From Pocillopora damicornis (lineage: Eukaryota): DNA of 64,000 nt. The stretch spans positions 186,001 through 250,000 of the forward strand of contig NW_020847208.1 in NCBI RefSeq assembly GCF_003704095.1, written 5' to 3'. The position numbers and the translations under genes were made by a program. Under the pieces are notes generated by a model. That model was not told the origin of the DNA. It saw nothing but the letters and a program-made list of their open reading frames with translations, and made no database searches. Shown one piece after another: positions 62,901-64,000 of this stretch. Positions within the stretch are counted from its first letter, which is position 1. Each line of letters starts with the position of its first letter.

Positions 62901-63374
62901 ACTCGATAAAATCAACATATGCGCCGTTTGTTATTGGTGACGAAAAGACACGGATCGGTCTTCTGGCGTACGACGAGCACATTCACACAATGATTGCCAT
63001 GGGTCAGTATTCTTCACAACAGTCACTCGACATTGCGCTGGATAAGGTAGTAACGTCCACAACATCAGGAGACAATCTCCTCGGACGAGGTCTAGCTGCT
63101 GTAAAAAGTCAGCTGTTTTATGGTAAACCTCGTCCGGAAGTTCCCAAAATACTTGTGGTCATTTCGGGAGGAAAGTCTAAAGATGACGTATTGAGCCCAT
63201 CAAAAGAGCTGAAAGGACTTAATGTAACGATATTTTGTATCGGAGTTGGACAGAATGTAGACAGAAGCGAACTTGAAGCCATAGCAACTCTACCAGCAGT
63301 GAGTCACGTAGTAATGGCAACTATATCACACCGAGAAACTGCTGGAGGAAATCTAGCGTCGAGGATTGAAAAAG
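56932..63374 (+). CDS. Secreted multi-VWA protein (at least four VWA domains plus a Pro-rich linker; collagen VI/matrilin-like); continues beyond the window
   Basis: Phase-1 exons: 56932-56941 plus 57014-57094 (MSMGRLLRIILTLIAFCFPAALCQLNNIIK, signal peptide), 57976-58290, VWA1 58645-59202 (FDLVFVVDGSKD), 59628-59699, VWA2 60213-60764 (IDLAFLIDGSDT), Pro-rich 61043-61456, VWA3 61836-62381 (LDLVFLLDGSTS), 62544-62579, VWA4 62823-63374. The last exon ends at a GT donor and no terminal exon is seen in the window. Confidence 0.87.
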
Positions 63375-63729
63375 GTAAAAACAAAAACAAAAAAACAGTT
63401 TCCCCCTTGTGGCTTGTAGTAGCCTCAGATTTTTTAGGCATGATCCCCAAAATAACAAGGTTCCTTTCAATTATCGCCTAGTAATAGACAAACTGACCCT
63501 TCACATTACCCTGCTTTCTATTGCAACGATGAAGCATCAAAAATTGTTCCTTAAAGAATGATTTAATTCCTTACTCATTAAGCGCTGATTGGTGTCATGG
63601 GATATCAGGAGCACAATAAGGGAGTAACGATGACGCATCCAATAGAACACTCTGCTCTGATTGTCAAAACTAGGTTTCGCTCTATGACTATGGCGTCATT
63701 TGCAAGTTCATTTTACTTCAATAGATTAA

Positions 63730-64000
63730 GAGAGACGTAAAGTTTTGAGCTCGATAAAGAAATATAGAGAGATTTTTTTCGTCTCGTCACGAGCGTGGGA
63801 CAAGTAAACATTTCTAAGTCCCCATAAGAATCCATTCCACGCTCCGATGCTTTACCACTGAGCCACAGAGACTCGACGGCGAGCGAGGTCTATTACGGAG
63901 TTTATAAGACGCACGTCCTGCATATTGCTAAGATCAGCAATGTGGATAGCATAATTTTGTGAATAGAATTATAAAGATGGTAAGTTTTGAGCCAAGTAAA
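63730..64000 (-). mobile_element. tRNA-related SINE-like repeat, probably tandemly arranged, in an intron of the plus-strand VWA gene
   Basis: Minus-strand A-box-like TGGCTCAGTGGT (63854-63865); B-box region degenerate; the motif (g)taa(a)gttttgagc recurs at ~63738 and ~63980, suggesting a ~240-bp unit. Confidence 0.5.

Noticed and set aside
1-64000. CRISPR arrays, rRNA, operons or intact transposase/reverse-transcriptase genes
   Set aside because: No repeat-spacer array or such coding sequence seen; the DNA is spliceosomal-intron-containing animal sequence.

Overview
AT-rich, intron-rich animal DNA, most likely a cnidarian such as a stony coral (inferred from gene content and repeat types). 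I assembled eight spliced genes by hand from GT-AG boundaries and reading-frame phase. (1) A head-to-head pair of dystrophin/utrophin-like paralogs at 600-12578 (-, runs off the left edge) and 14938-28783 (+). The plus-strand copy looks like a complete natural 'mini-dystrophin' of about 770 aa: CH1-CH2, four spectrin repeats and a Cys-Cys/polybasic tail, with no WW/EF/ZZ region and three candidate alternative first exons. (2) A tandem minus-strand cluster of four secreted proteins (29959-43616) built from phase-0 exons, each encoding one module that usually has four Cys (C-X6-C-X8..13-C-X6-C or C-X8-C-X8-C-X6-C). I do not recognise this family; it is the best candidate for an undescribed system. 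(3) A second head-to-head pair of secreted multi-VWA genes at 45487-55423 (-, three VWA domains plus a C-terminal ShKT) and 56932 to beyond 63374 (+, at least four VWA domains plus a Pro-rich linker). Introns and intergenic DNA hold SINE-like and MITE-like repeats and Penelope-like fragments with hammerhead ribozyme cores. There is one 207-N assembly gap. All gene models are manual predictions without RNA evidence or database searches.
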